Counted from the first letter of the stretch, positions 29,101-39,792 are shown. The stretch: DNA of 40,741 bases from Hyphomicrobiales bacterium (GCA_003244015.1 QHBR01000084.1:1-40741); one strand, 5' to 3'. Notes: generated from the sequence alone by a model not told the origin. Program-made: numbers and translations.

Positions 29101-29388
29101 GCCTAGAGGCGCTAATCTCCGCCAAGCGCGCTATGCGAACCTTTTAGGGATCGGATTAAGGCTTCCCACGCCTCATGAGCGCGCCGGTCCCGGAGCCGCG
29201 CTCGCGCCGGCCACGGCCGGGACACATCATTTTGAAAGCCTTTGCAACAATAAGCATCTTCTCAACGGCCGATATGGTGCTAGTTTCTGTCTACGGGCGA
29301 GTATCCTGGCGAAGCCAGTCTAGGCTGCGCCGCGCGCGCAAGATGCGCCGGAAACCGCCTATGCTCTGAAAAATCCAGGGAGGCAGAG

Positions 29389-30909
29389 ATGGTCGACAAA
29401 ATTCTCGCGGACATCGCCAATCAGATCGCGATAAGGCCGCATTACGACAATTTTATCGGCGGCAAATGGATCCCCGCGGTTAGGGGCCAAACATTCGATA
29501 ATATTTCGCCGATTGATGGCCGTGTCGTTTGCACCGTCTCCCGTTCGACCGCCGGGGACGTCGAATTGGCGCTCGATGCCGCGCATGCGGCGCGGGAAGC
29601 CTGGGGACGAACCTCCCCGACTGAGCGCTCGCTCGCGCTTTTGCGCATCGCCGACCGGATCGAACAGAAGCTCGATCTCTTGGCCCTCGTCGAGACGATC
29701 GACAATGGCAAGCCCATTCGCGAAACCAAGGCCGCCGACCTGCCGCTGGCGGTCGATCATTTCCGCTATTTCGCCGGCTGCATCCGTGCTCAGGAAGGAG
29801 GTCTTTCCGAGATCGACCATGACACGGTCGCTTATCATTTCCATGAGCCGCTCGGCGTGGTGGCCCAGATCATACCGTGGAATTTCCCGATCCTGATGGC
29901 GGTGTGGAAGCTTGCGCCGGCGCTCGCCGCCGGCAATTGCGTCGTTTTGAAGCCGGCCGAGCAGACCCCAATGAGCATCATGGTCCTCACGGACATGATC
30001 GGCGATCTTTTGCCGCCCGGCGTCCTCAATGTGATCAATGGCTTTGGCGTCGAAGCGGGCAAGCCGCTCGCGCAGAGCAAGCGGGTCGCCAAGGTAGCCT
30101 TCACCGGCGAGACGACGACCGGCCGCCTCGTCATGCAATATGCGTCCGACAACATCATCCCGGTGACGTTGGAACTCGGCGGCAAGTCGCCCAACATCTT
30201 CTTCGAGGATGTCGCGGCGCAAGACGATGATTTTTTCGACAAGGCACTCGAAGGGTTTGCGATGTTCGCCTTCAACCAGGGCGAGGTCTGCACTTGTCCG
30301 TCGCGCGCGCTGATTCATGAAAAAATCTACGATCGCTTCATGGAGCGGGCGATCGCCCGGGTCAAGGCGATGAAGCAGGGCAACCCGCTTGATCCGGCGA
30401 CAATGGTCGGCGCGCAAGCCTCGAACGATCAGCAGGAAAAAATTCTCTCCTATCTCGACATCGGCCGCCAAGAAGGCGCCAAGGTTCTGACCGGCGGCGC
30501 GCGCGCCGAAATGGGGCCCGAACTTTCGGGCGGATTTTATGTCCAGCCGACGATCCTCGAAGGCCACAACAAGATGCGGATCTTCCAGGAAGAAATATTT
30601 GGCCCTGTTCTCTCCGTGACAAAATTCAAGGACGATGAAGAGGCGCTTTCGATCGCCAACGATTCGCTCTATGGACTCGGCGCCGGAGTGTGGACCCGCG
30701 ATGGAACGCGCTCCTATCGTTTTGGCCGCGCGCTTCAGGCCGGGCGGGTGTGGACAAATTGCTTCCATCTCTATCCCGCCCACGCGGCCTTCGGTGGCTA
30801 CAAGCAGTCAGGGATAGGCCGCGAAAATCACAAGATGATGCTCGACCATTATCAGCAGACCAAGAATCTTCTCGTCAGCTATAGCCCGAAAGCGCTTGGC
30901 TTCTTCTAA
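29389..30909 (+). CDS. aldB: NAD-dependent aldehyde dehydrogenase (AldB/ExaC type)
   Basis: [52 protein letters not shown]; followed by DUF779. Confidence 0.93.
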   Translation: MVDKILADIANQIAIRPHYDNFIGGKWIPAVRGQTFDNISPIDGRVVCTVSRSTAGDVELALDAAHAAREAWGRTSPTERSLALLRIADRIEQKLDLLALVETIDNGKPIRETKAADLPLAVDHFRYFAGCIRAQEGGLSEIDHDTVAYHFHEPLGVVAQIIPWNFPILMAVWKLAPALAAGNCVVLKPAEQTPMSIMVLTDMIGDLLPPGVLNVINGFGVEAGKPLAQSKRVAKVAFTGETTTGRLVMQYASDNIIPVTLELGGKSPNIFFEDVAAQDDDFFDKALEGFAMFAFNQGEVCTCPSRALIHEKIYDRFMERAIARVKAMKQGNPLDPATMVGAQASNDQQEKILSYLDIGRQEGAKVLTGGARAEMGPELSGGFYVQPTILEGHNKMRIFQEEIFGPVLSVTKFKDDEEALSIANDSLYGLGAGVWTRDGTRSYRFGRALQAGRVWTNCFHLYPAHAAFGGYKQSGIGRENHKMMLDHYQQTKNLLVSYSPKALGFF

Positions 30910-30956
30910 GATCGAGGCCGCGCGGCCCAGACTCTAGTTTCAGGGAGTGCCGTTTC

Positions 30957-31328
30957 ATGGTCGAACGCGTCGTCGCGACGGAAAAGGCGGTGGACCTCAT
31001 CGCGCGCCTCAAAGAGAAACATGGGGCGCTGCTGTTGCATCAGTCGGGCGGCTGCTGCGACGGCAGCTCGCCCATGTGTTTTCCGCAAGGGGAGTTTCGC
31101 ACCGGACCGAGCGACGTGCTGCTCGGCGAGATCGCGGGCTGGCCGGTTTATATCGGCGCCGCCCAATTCGAACTGTGGCGGCATACCCAGCTCATCATCG
31201 ATGTCGTTCCTGGCGGGGGCGCGGGCTTTTCGGTCGAGGCCCCCGAGGGGTTGAGATTTTTGACGCGCGGGCGGGTGTTCAGCGAGCCGGAACTGGCCTC
31301 GCTGCGAGGCGCGCCTTTCGCGGCCTAA
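30957..31328 (+). CDS. DUF779 family protein
   Basis: HQSGGCCDGSSPMC, W.HTQL.IDVV.G.G.GFS.E.PEG.RF. Confidence 0.9.
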   Translation: MVERVVATEKAVDLIARLKEKHGALLLHQSGGCCDGSSPMCFPQGEFRTGPSDVLLGEIAGWPVYIGAAQFELWRHTQLIIDVVPGGGAGFSVEAPEGLRFLTRGRVFSEPELASLRGAPFAA

Positions 31329-31350
31329 TCTTCGGCCAATCGCACCAAAA

Positions 31351-31366
31351 TGTTTCACGTGAGACT
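31351..31366. promoter_or_regulatory. parS-like site
   Basis: TGTTTCACGTGAGACT is a 14/16 match to TGTTTCACGTGAAACA; intergenic. Confidence 0.45.
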
Positions 31367-31461
31367 TTTTGGTACGATTAGCGGGGAGGTGAGTTCTCAA
31401 TGCCTCTTACAGAGGACGGCGCGAGATGAGTGGGATTGCGCGGAAAAGTTGTAAGTTTGGC

Positions 31462-31980
31462 CTATTTCGAATCGCGCTTGGCCTGCATGTTCTTATTGTG
31501 CTGGCTGATCGCGCCGACCTTGGCCGGATGGCGTAGGCTGTACGTCGGTGTGCTTTTTGGATTGATCCCTTCATTGGCCGTGCGTCCGGAGGGTCGCGTG
31601 GACTTCGACTCGTGGTCCCGGCGAAGTTCGAGCGCGCGCTTGGCTCCGTCGATCAAATCCTGGCGGGCGGCTTTGGTTTGCCTGCGCGTGACCTCCTTGT
31701 TCAGACGTTGCAATGCCGCCGCGAGGACGTCACGCTTTTGCCGCGTGCCGCTGTCGTCTGTGGCGGCGCGCGCGCCCTTGGGCGCGGCCTTGCCGCGCAG
31801 TTCCCGGCGCTGGCGCGCGGCAATCGTCTGCGCGCGATCGCGCCGTTCCCGCACGAGCTTGCGCAGCTCCGCCAAATCCCGGTCCGGCAGAAGCGCCAAT
31901 GCCGGATGGTGGGTTTTATCGACGAGGGTCACTTCATCCGCGCCGAGCAACCGGCGTTCTTGCTTTATGCTGCGAGCCAT
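31462..31980 (-). CDS. Basic, Arg/Lys-rich hypothetical protein
   Basis: GAGGAGG RBS; MARSIKQERRLL...THHP...RERRDRA...QRRE.RGK...QAKRDSK. Confidence 0.75.
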   Translation of the reverse strand: MARSIKQERRLLGADEVTLVDKTHHPALALLPDRDLAELRKLVRERRDRAQTIAARQRRELRGKAAPKGARAATDDSGTRQKRDVLAAALQRLNKEVTRRQTKAARQDLIDGAKRALELRRDHESKSTRPSGRTANEGINPKSTPTYSLRHPAKVGAISQHNKNMQAKRDSK

Positions 31981-32142
31981 GCACAAATTCCTCCTCAAAG
32001 AGCGAAAATTCAAGCGCGGACCCAACGCTCCGTCCCCATTACCGCCGGCATCGCTCTTGCGTCAACAAACGTTCGATCTCCGCGATCGTATGATTGGCAA
32101 GATCCTTGGGGATCCCTGCGATGATCTTGGCTTCGATTTTTT

Positions 32143-32799
32143 TCATGCCTCGCCCTTGGCCAGCAATCCGGCGTAAGCATCCAACGTGATCTCGCCGCCT
32201 GCCCCCAAGACTCGTTCGCGGTCGTCCTTCGCCAGTGCCTCCTGCACGATGTCGATCCGTTTCCATGCAGGCAAAGGCGGTTCCAGGCCAGCTACGGGCA
32301 CGTATCTCGACTGCGCGAGTTTGCGGTGCGGATGGATGTAGCGCGGACAGTTGACCCAGATCGACTCGACCGCCACGGCGATCAAGAACTGCGCGCCTGG
32401 ATAATTTTCGAGCAAAGGATGATCGAACAGAACTTCCGCCGCTCCCTGTACGCGAAGGCGGTTCGGCGTTTCGAAATCGATGAACAACAGACCAATCCGC
32501 GGCGCGCTCATGATGTTGCCGATGGAGTAATACATTCCATTGCCGTCATAATTGGGAAACAGCAGCGACGCGGCGCTGGTGACACGGACGAAGCCTGGCG
32601 CGCCGCCTTTGTAAGACACCGTCGGCTGGCCGGAGGCGTCGACGGTGGCGAGAAAGAACATGTCCCGCGATTGAATGAACTCCGCCTCATGGGCTTCGAA
32701 TTCGCCATGGACGGCGGCGTTCTCCAGCAAATCGGCGGTGCGGCGCGTATCGAATTTCTCTTGCAGCGCCCGATGTTTCTCCGTGTAGAATTTCGACAT
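32143..32799 (-). CDS. Pyridoxamine 5'-phosphate oxidase family FMN-binding protein
   Basis: FFLAT, PTVSYKGG.PGFV, PNYDGNG, GLLFIDF, RLRVQG, NCPRYIH. Confidence 0.88.
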   Translation of the reverse strand: MSKFYTEKHRALQEKFDTRRTADLLENAAVHGEFEAHEAEFIQSRDMFFLATVDASGQPTVSYKGGAPGFVRVTSAASLLFPNYDGNGMYYSIGNIMSAPRIGLLFIDFETPNRLRVQGAAEVLFDHPLLENYPGAQFLIAVAVESIWVNCPRYIHPHRKLAQSRYVPVAGLEPPLPAWKRIDIVQEALAKDDRERVLGAGGEITLDAYAGLLAKGEA

Positions 32800-32851
32800 G
32801 GCCTCGCTCCTCGTTCAATCGCTCAAATACGCTGCTTGGATGTTCTCATAT

Positions 32852-33535
32852 TTATGAACGATTAAAACCGACACTCTCGACCTCGTCGGCATTCGCCATT
32901 GGGAAGAAACTGCCGGCCGAGGCGACGCCAAAACAGCGTGCGCCGTCATGCTCACCTATTTCGCCGAGTTCCACGAGATCGAGAACCAAGGCGCGGGTGA
33001 CAAGCGCCCACAGATCGCCGCGCACATGGATATAGGGTTTGATGCCGTCGCAGGCGGCTTTTTCGAATCGAATCGGATGGCTGGCGCCCGCCTCGACCCA
33101 ATCCTCGACATTGGTCAAAAATCGCAACACCTGGTCCGTTCCTCGATGCGCGACCGTCATTTCCACCGCGAGGAAAGGCGCGTCCTCGACCTTTATGCCG
33201 ACTTTCTCGACGGGCGTGACAAGAACATAGCCGTCAGAATCCTTGCGCAAAATCGTCGAGAAAAGCCGCACAAGGGCGGGCCGGCCGATCGGCGTGCCGC
33301 GATAAAACCAGGTGCCGTCGCGCGCAATCCGCATGTCGATATCGCCGCAAAACGGCGGATTCCATCGCTCCACCGGGGGGAGCGCCCTTTGCGCCGGTCC
33401 GCCATTGGCCTCCGTCGCGTCGTGGCCGCCTCCCGTGGATCCCAGGGCCGTGGCTATGTTTTCAATATTCAACGTCGCGCCGCCGCCGCCGGACGCGGAC
33501 TGCTTTCCGCGCCTAGCAATAAAATCCTCGGCCAT
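32852..33535 (-). CDS. DUF1285 family protein
   Basis: PPVERWNPPFCGDIDMRIARDGTWFY.GTPI.R, LVTPVEKVGI.VEDAPF; divergent from moxR. Confidence 0.9.
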   Translation of the reverse strand: MAEDFIARRGKQSASGGGGATLNIENIATALGSTGGGHDATEANGGPAQRALPPVERWNPPFCGDIDMRIARDGTWFYRGTPIGRPALVRLFSTILRKDSDGYVLVTPVEKVGIKVEDAPFLAVEMTVAHRGTDQVLRFLTNVEDWVEAGASHPIRFEKAACDGIKPYIHVRGDLWALVTRALVLDLVELGEIGEHDGARCFGVASAGSFFPMANADEVESVGFNRS

Positions 33536-33689
33536 AATCTTTGCCCCATTGCCATGCCAACATCGAAGAGTTTTGATCATTCGCCTCGCCGCACATAGAG
33601 CGATCCTTTTAATGTAGCCATTGCCGCGCGCATGGAGCGTTGATGCGGCGCCCGGTTGATGCGCAACTAGCCAAGGGACCAAACCATCC

Positions 33690-34691
33690 ATGCCGGAAGC
33701 CATTACGGCCTCGCTCGAAGCCGCCGTGACGCGTACCGCCGAGACCGCGCTGGAGCGGATCGCCGCGGCGCGGACTTCGATCGAGGCCATCATCTTCGGT
33801 CAGGGGCAAGTTGTCGAGCAGGCCTTGATCACGCTTCTTTCGGGCGGGCACGGCTTGCTCGTCGGCGTGCCGGGGCTCGCCAAAACCAAGCTCGTCGAAA
33901 CCCTTGGCGTTGTTCTCGGCTTGCATACGCGCCGCGTCCAGTTCACGCCCGATTTGATGCCCGCCGATATTCTCGGCTCCGAAGTCCTGGAAGAGACCGT
34001 CGACCGGCGCCGCAGTTTTCGTTTCGTGCGCGGGCCGATTTTCGCCCAATTGCTGATGGCCGACGAAATCAACCGGGCAAGTCCCAGAACCCAATCGGCG
34101 CTGCTCCAGGCGATGCAGGAATATCACGTCTCGGTCGCCGGCGAACGGCACGATCTGCCGCGCCCCTTCCACGTGCTCGCGACGCAAAATCCTCTGGAGC
34201 AAGAGGGCACATACCCGCTGCCCGAGGCCCAGCTCGATCGCTTTCTCATGCAAATCGATGTGGTTTACCCGGATCGCGCGGCCGAACGCCGGATCCTCAT
34301 CGAGACGACCGGCGACGCTAGCGCGGCGCCAAAATCCGCGATGAGCGCCGAGGATCTCATCGCGACGCAGCGCCTCGTGCGCCGGCTTCCGGTCGGGGAA
34401 AGCGTGATCGAAGCCATTCTCGATGTCGTCCGTCTGGCCCGTCCCGGCGAGGGCGATCCGGCGGTCACCCAGCATATCGCCTGGGGTCCCGGACCCCGCG
34501 CGGCGCAGGCCTTGATGCTCGCAACCCGCGCCCGCGCCCTCCTCGGCGGGCGGCTTTCGCCTTCCCTCGACGATGTCGTCGCCCTCGCCGTCCCGGTGCT
34601 CAAGCATCGCATGGCCCTCACCTTTGCCGCGCGGGCCGAGGGCGAGACGGTCAGCGATCTCGTCGCCCGGCTGGCGAAGCGGCTCGGCTGA
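33690..34691 (+). CDS. moxR: MoxR-family AAA+ ATPase
   Basis: GVPGLAKT, RVQFTPDLMPADI, DEINRASPRTQSALL, ATQNPLEQEGTYPLPEAQLDRF. Confidence 0.95.
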   Translation: MPEAITASLEAAVTRTAETALERIAAARTSIEAIIFGQGQVVEQALITLLSGGHGLLVGVPGLAKTKLVETLGVVLGLHTRRVQFTPDLMPADILGSEVLEETVDRRRSFRFVRGPIFAQLLMADEINRASPRTQSALLQAMQEYHVSVAGERHDLPRPFHVLATQNPLEQEGTYPLPEAQLDRFLMQIDVVYPDRAAERRILIETTGDASAAPKSAMSAEDLIATQRLVRRLPVGESVIEAILDVVRLARPGEGDPAVTQHIAWGPGPRAAQALMLATRARALLGGRLSPSLDDVVALAVPVLKHRMALTFAARAEGETVSDLVARLAKRLG

Positions 34692-34694
34692 ACG

Positions 34695-35645
34695 ATGCCC
34701 GCGGTCCGGCTTCTGGAAAAAAATGCAAGCCGCGTAGCGCGCCGCCACCAAAATCATGCGCTCGAGATGGCGAACCGACTCCCCGATCTCGTTGCCGCGG
34801 CGAGAGAGGTTGCCGCGAGCGTCTTGCATGGTGTCCATGGACGAAGGCGCGCCGGCGAGGGCGAGACTTTTTGGCAATTTCGCCCCTTCGTCGCGGGCGA
34901 GGCCGCGGGCCGGATCGATTGGCGACGCTCCGCCAAGGACGAACGCCTCTATGTTCGCGAACGCGAATGGGAAGCGGCGCATACGGTTTTCCTCTGGATC
35001 GATCGCTCCCCTTCCATGTGGTTTGCGTCCGATCTTGCGTTGCAGCCGAAAATCGATCGCGCGCTCGTGCTCGGCCTCGCTTGCGCCGATCTTCTCGTGC
35101 GCGGCGGCGAGCGGGCAGGCCTGCTTGGCCTGACGCCCGCTCTCGCGGTCAGAAATATCGTCGAACGGTTCGCGGACGTTTTGCTGGCCCAGGAAGCCGC
35201 CGCCGGTTACGCTCCGGAGGAGCTGCCCGCGGCCGTGAACCTGCCGCGCGCTGCCCAGGCCATTCTGATTGGCGACTTTCTCGCCGATCCGGCGCTGATT
35301 TCGGCCATGATCGAGGGCGTTTCCGCAGGCGGGGCACGCGGCCATCTCGTGATGATCGCCGATCCAGTCGAAGAGACTTTTCCTTTCTCGGGCAATACCG
35401 AATTCGTCGATGTCGATTCGGAAGCTCGGTTGCGCGCGGGCCACGCGGAAACATTCCGCCAAGAGTACATCCGCCGTCTCGCCCTTCATCGCGAGGCTAT
35501 TGCCGCTTCGGCGCGGACGCGGAGGTGGACCTTGACGATGCACCGGACCGACAGGCCCGCCACCGCGGCCTTGCTTGCCTTGCGGGTCCAACTCGATGCC
35601 AATGCCGGCCCCGCTCCTCGTGCCCCGCGAGGAGCCGTCCGCTGA
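34695..35645 (+). CDS. DUF58 family protein
   Basis: G.HGRRRAG.GE.FWQFR, IDWRRSA, VRE.EWE, D.S.SM; moxR operon. Confidence 0.9.
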   Translation: MPAVRLLEKNASRVARRHQNHALEMANRLPDLVAAAREVAASVLHGVHGRRRAGEGETFWQFRPFVAGEAAGRIDWRRSAKDERLYVREREWEAAHTVFLWIDRSPSMWFASDLALQPKIDRALVLGLACADLLVRGGERAGLLGLTPALAVRNIVERFADVLLAQEAAAGYAPEELPAAVNLPRAAQAILIGDFLADPALISAMIEGVSAGGARGHLVMIADPVEETFPFSGNTEFVDVDSEARLRAGHAETFRQEYIRRLALHREAIAASARTRRWTLTMHRTDRPATAALLALRVQLDANAGPAPRAPRGAVR

Positions 35646-38461
35646 TGCAAGGCCTTCCGCTCGCTTTCGCTTTTCCGTTCGTCCTCGCCGCGCTCGCGGG
35701 CCTGCCGCTCTTGTATTTTCTTCTGCGCATCACGCCGCCGCGCCCGGCGCTCGTGCCGTTTCCGCCGCTGCGGCTCATTCTGGGTCTCCGCCCGAGGAAC
35801 GAGACCGCGTTGCGCACGCCCTTTTGGCTGCTGCTCTTGCGGGTTGCGATCGCGGCCAGTCTCATTTTCGCGATGGCGGGACCGGTGCTGAACCCGCTGC
35901 CCGTGGCAACGGCGCGCGGAGGTCCATTGCTCATCGTGCTCGATGACGGCTGGCCGGCAGCGCCGGGCTGGGAGCGCAGAATCGCCGCTGCCGCACGCAG
36001 AATCGAGGCGGCGGAACGAAACTCGCAGCTCGCCGCCGTCGCGGCGGCGTCGGAGGCGGGCCGCGACATTGTGCCCCTCGAACCGGCCAAGGCGCAAGAT
36101 CGCCTGCGGGCGCTCAAGCCTGTGCCGTTTGTTCCCGATCGGCTGCCGGTTTTTACCGCGATCGAAAAATATGTTGCCGCGCAACAAAATAAACCCCCGA
36201 TTGTTTGGATCGCCGATGGACTCGAGCGCGGCCATGCGCGGGAGTTCGCGGGCAAGCTCGCGGCTGTTTCCGGCGAACTCACTGTTGTGACGGATTCAAC
36301 AACCGTTCGCGCGCTCGCGGGCGTGCAAAACCAAACCGGCCGCCTCGATGTGCGGGTGCTCCGCGCGGCTCCTTCCGGCCGCGAGCGTGCCGGCCCCGAG
36401 CGGGGGATTGTCCGCGCGCTCGACCGCAAGGGGCTCGCGCTCGGCGAAGCACCGTTCGATTTTGGCGCGGCGAACGAGACGCAAGCCAGTTTCGAGATGC
36501 CCGTCGAATTGCGCAACGAGATCGCCCGCCTCGAAATCGCTCGCGAACATTCCGCGGCGGCGGTTTTTCTTCTCGACGAGCGCTGGCGCCGCCGCCGGAT
36601 CGGCCTCGTCAGCGGCGAAACGGCGGACATCGCGCAGCCTCTGCTCGCGCCAAGCTATTATCTCGCGAAGGCGCTCGCCCCCTTCGCGGACATCCGCGAG
36701 GCAAGGCCCGCCGCAACCGATCCAATACGCTCCCTTCTCGATGAGCATGTGGCGATCATGATCTTCGCCGATGCCGGCATGGTGACGGGTCAGGCCCATG
36801 ACGGCCTCGCGCGTTTTGTCGAGGACGGCGGGGTCCTCGTGCGCTTTGCCGGAACCCATCTCGCCGCGGCCTCCGGCGATCTCGTTCCTGTCCGGCTGCG
36901 CCGGGGCGGCCGCGTGCTGGGCGGCGCGATGTCCTGGGATACCCCGAAAAGACTTGCACCCTTCGACCGCGACAGCCCATTTTTTGGCTTGGCCGTCCGA
37001 GATGAGGTAACCGTTTCGCGCCAGGTGCTCGCCGAACCGGACCCCGGCCTCTCGGCCAAGACCTGGGCGCGGCTTTCGGACGGAACGCCGCTCGTGACCG
37101 CGGCGCGGCAAGGCAAGGGACTGATCGTTTTGTTTCATGTCACGGCGGACACGACATGGTCGAACCTGCCGATTTCGGGACTGTTCGTGGACATGCTGCG
37201 CAAAATCGTTGCTCTGTCGGGGGAAACCGCGAAGGATGCGGACGCGCAAGCCGGCGCCGGAACGAAAGCCCTTGAAGCCGCGACCTTCGCGCCGAGCCGG
37301 AGCCTCGACGGTTTCGGTGTCCTTGGCCCGCCGCCACCAAACGCGACGCCGATTTCCGCCGGGTTCGCAGGCATCGCGGAAGCCGAACATCCGCCGGGTT
37401 TTTATGGCCCGCCCGATGGCCTAATCGCCGTCAACGCCCTGGGACCGAAAGAAACGCTCGAGGCGGCGGATTATTCGGGGTTTGGTTTTATCGACGAGCC
37501 CTTGCGCGACAAAGGCCCGATCGATCTCAAGCCCTGGCTGCTCGCCGCCGCGTTTCTCTTATTTGCCGGCGATACCTTGGCCTCGCTTTGGCTCTCGGGT
37601 AGCCTGCGCGGGCGCGCGGGGCGCGCCGTCGCTTGCCTTGGTCTCTTTGCCATTGGCTCCTCGATGCTGGTCCCGGCGCGAGTCGAGGCGGAGCCTGCCG
37701 CCGCAGAAACCCTTTCCCCGCGCGATGGCGCCGCGTTGACGACGAGGCTTGCTTATGTAGCAAGCGGGGATGCCAGGGTCGACGAGGCGAGCAGGCAAGG
37801 CTTGATGAGCCTTTCGCTTGTGCTGGCGCGGCGCACGTCGCTGACGCCCGGCGATCCTGCCGGGATCGATCCCGCGCGGGACGAATTAAGTTTTTATCCG
37901 CTTCTCTATTGGCCTATTGTGGCGTCGCAACCGCGGCCGCCCCACGCGGCAATCGCCAAGGCCGCCCTTTTCATGAAACAGGGCGGCACGATTGTTTTCG
38001 ATACCCGCGACGCGCTCGCTTCGCGGCCCGGCGGCCCGCCGACGCCGGAAGCCAAATGGCTCAGGGCCTTGCTCGATGGCGTCGATGTGCCGGAACTCGA
38101 ACCCGTTCCCGCCGACCATGTCGTGACGAAAACCTTCTATCTCATCGACGGCTTCGTTGGCCGCTACACGACGGGCGCGACCTGGATCGAGGCGCTGCCC
38201 CCTGCCCCCGCCGATGGCGGCCCGCGCCCGGCCCGCGCGGGCGACAGCGTCTCGCCGATCATCATCACCGCCAACGATCTGGCGGCGGGCTGGGCGAGCG
38301 ACCCCGACGGCGACAGCCTCTATTCGCTGGTGCCGGGGGGCGAGCGCCAGCACGAGCTCGCGCTGCGCGGGGGTGTCAATCTGGTGATGTACACGCTCAC
38401 CGGCAATTACAAATCCGACCAGGTCCATGTGCGGGACCTTTTGGAGCGCCTCGCGCATTGA
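35645..38461 (+). CDS. BatA/DUF4159 domain membrane protein
   Basis: N-terminal BatA-like double TM (LLRITPPRP...FPP...TPFWLLLLR); C-terminal DUF4159 (FYPLLYWP, GG.I.FDTRD, GVNLVMYTLTGNYKSDQVH). ATG overlaps the DUF58 stop. Confidence 0.9.
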   Translation: MQGLPLAFAFPFVLAALAGLPLLYFLLRITPPRPALVPFPPLRLILGLRPRNETALRTPFWLLLLRVAIAASLIFAMAGPVLNPLPVATARGGPLLIVLDDGWPAAPGWERRIAAAARRIEAAERNSQLAAVAAASEAGRDIVPLEPAKAQDRLRALKPVPFVPDRLPVFTAIEKYVAAQQNKPPIVWIADGLERGHAREFAGKLAAVSGELTVVTDSTTVRALAGVQNQTGRLDVRVLRAAPSGRERAGPERGIVRALDRKGLALGEAPFDFGAANETQASFEMPVELRNEIARLEIAREHSAAAVFLLDERWRRRRIGLVSGETADIAQPLLAPSYYLAKALAPFADIREARPAATDPIRSLLDEHVAIMIFADAGMVTGQAHDGLARFVEDGGVLVRFAGTHLAAASGDLVPVRLRRGGRVLGGAMSWDTPKRLAPFDRDSPFFGLAVRDEVTVSRQVLAEPDPGLSAKTWARLSDGTPLVTAARQGKGLIVLFHVTADTTWSNLPISGLFVDMLRKIVALSGETAKDADAQAGAGTKALEAATFAPSRSLDGFGVLGPPPPNATPISAGFAGIAEAEHPPGFYGPPDGLIAVNALGPKETLEAADYSGFGFIDEPLRDKGPIDLKPWLLAAAFLLFAGDTLASLWLSGSLRGRAGRAVACLGLFAIGSSMLVPARVEAEPAAAETLSPRDGAALTTRLAYVASGDARVDEASRQGLMSLSLVLARRTSLTPGDPAGIDPARDELSFYPLLYWPIVASQPRPPHAAIAKAALFMKQGGTIVFDTRDALASRPGGPPTPEAKWLRALLDGVDVPELEPVPADHVVTKTFYLIDGFVGRYTTGATWIEALPPAPADGGPRPARAGDSVSPIIITANDLAAGWASDPDGDSLYSLVPGGERQHELALRGGVNLVMYTLTGNYKSDQVHVRDLLERLAH
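38275..38461 (+). repeat. 187-bp direct repeat, copy 1 (3' end of the DUF4159 gene)
   Basis: Matches 39485-39671 with 9 substitutions. Confidence 0.95.
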
Positions 38462-38570
38462 AGCGGCGGGGGCTTGCTGGCGGGCGGTGTTTCATTCCTA
38501 AGATTTCGCTTGAAAACGAAGCCGGAACACGCTGTACCAAAAGAGATTTAGGAATATACGGAGAGCGCAA

Positions 38571-39449
38571 ATGTTCATGGATCGTAGCCAGATGCAAATA
38601 CCAACCATACGTAAGCTGAATCGGCAGATTCGCCGCCTGTCCGCCACAACGATGGTTGCTATCGTCTTTTCTGTCGGTTTATACTTTGGCTTAAGTCAAG
38701 GCCAGTCCTTTGCCGCGGCTTTGCAACAACCGGATCCCGCCCTCGCGGCGATTATTGACGGCCCGCAAAGGAGCGAGGCTAACAAGGCGCGCGATCGCTA
38801 CCGGCACCCGCTGGAAGTTCTCACATTTTTCGGCGTGAAGGCGGATTCGAACGCAATCGAGGTCGTTGCCGGGAAAGGCTGGCTATTGACCGAAATTCTG
38901 GCGCCGTATCTCAAGGATCGCGGCTGCTATACCGCCTCCGGCGACGCGGAGCGGGATGTCGCGCCGCTCAATACGAGAATCAGCGAAAACCCCGGACTCT
39001 ACGGCAAGACCATCATCACCGGATTCACCGGCGGCGATCAGGAAATCGCGCCTCCCGGCAGCGCCGGTTTCGTGCTGACATTCCGCAACATCCACAATTG
39101 GATGCGCGCGGGCACCGCGGACGCCGCCTTCCGGGCGTTCTACAAGGCCTTGAAGCCGGGCGGTATTTTGGGCGTCGAAGAACATCGCGGGCGGCCCGAC
39201 CAGCCGCAAGACCCGCAGGCCAAAAGCGGCTATGTGCGGCAGGATTTTGCGATCGCGCTTGCCGAAAAAGCCGGGTTCAAATTGCTCGGCTCTTCCGAGG
39301 TCAACGCCAATCCCAAGGACTATCCCGAGGGCGTGTGGACGTTGCCGCCCGCCTACCGGCTGAAGGATCAGGATAGGGACAAATATTCGGCGATCGGCGA
39401 AAGCGACCGGTTCGTCTTGAAATTCGCGAAGCCGGCCGAAGCGAAATAA
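38571..39449 (+). CDS. Periplasmic class I SAM-dependent methyltransferase (COG4798-like)
   Basis: RD.YRHP.E.L.FFG, VLTFRNIHNW, LKPGG.LGVEEHR, SEVNANPKD, IGESDR..LKF.KP. Confidence 0.88.
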   Translation: MFMDRSQMQIPTIRKLNRQIRRLSATTMVAIVFSVGLYFGLSQGQSFAAALQQPDPALAAIIDGPQRSEANKARDRYRHPLEVLTFFGVKADSNAIEVVAGKGWLLTEILAPYLKDRGCYTASGDAERDVAPLNTRISENPGLYGKTIITGFTGGDQEIAPPGSAGFVLTFRNIHNWMRAGTADAAFRAFYKALKPGGILGVEEHRGRPDQPQDPQAKSGYVRQDFAIALAEKAGFKLLGSSEVNANPKDYPEGVWTLPPAYRLKDQDRDKYSAIGESDRFVLKFAKPAEAK

Positions 39450-39484
39450 CCGCGCCGGTCTTTCGCGGTTTTGTCCTGGGGAGG

Positions 39485-39671
39485 CGATCTGGCGGCGGGC
39501 TGGGCCAGCGACCCCGACGGCGACAGCCTCTATTCGCTGGTGCCGGGGGGCGAGCGCCAGCACGAGCTCGCGCTGCGCGGGGGTGTCAATCTGGTGATGT
39601 ACACGCTCACCGGCAATTACAAATCCGACCAGGTTCATGTGCGGGATTTGCTGGAGAGGCTGGCGCATTGA
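39485..39671 (+). repeat. 187-bp direct repeat, copy 2 (orphan DUF4159 C-terminal fragment)
   Basis: Encodes the same peptide, DLAAGWASDPDG...DLLERLAH*, as copy 1. Confidence 0.95.
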
Positions 39672-39792
39672 CGGGGCGCGTGATTATGCGCATAACTTGA
39701 AAGGCACTCATCTACTCGCCTGAGCGCCCTTACATTTGACAACGAGTCCAAACTCCGAAAAAAATGAACGCCACACTAAGGGGGGGCACCGC

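Noticed and set aside
33609-35591. Long antisense or shadow ORFs (660 aa here; also 29359-30783, 14073-15188, 36296-37390)
   Set aside because: They mirror well-supported genes on the opposite strand, as expected in high-GC DNA, and carry no recognisable motifs.
34871-35644. N-terminal extension making the DUF4159 ORF 1196 aa
   Set aside because: Overlaps DUF58 in another frame; BatA-like homology starts at the ATG at 35645.
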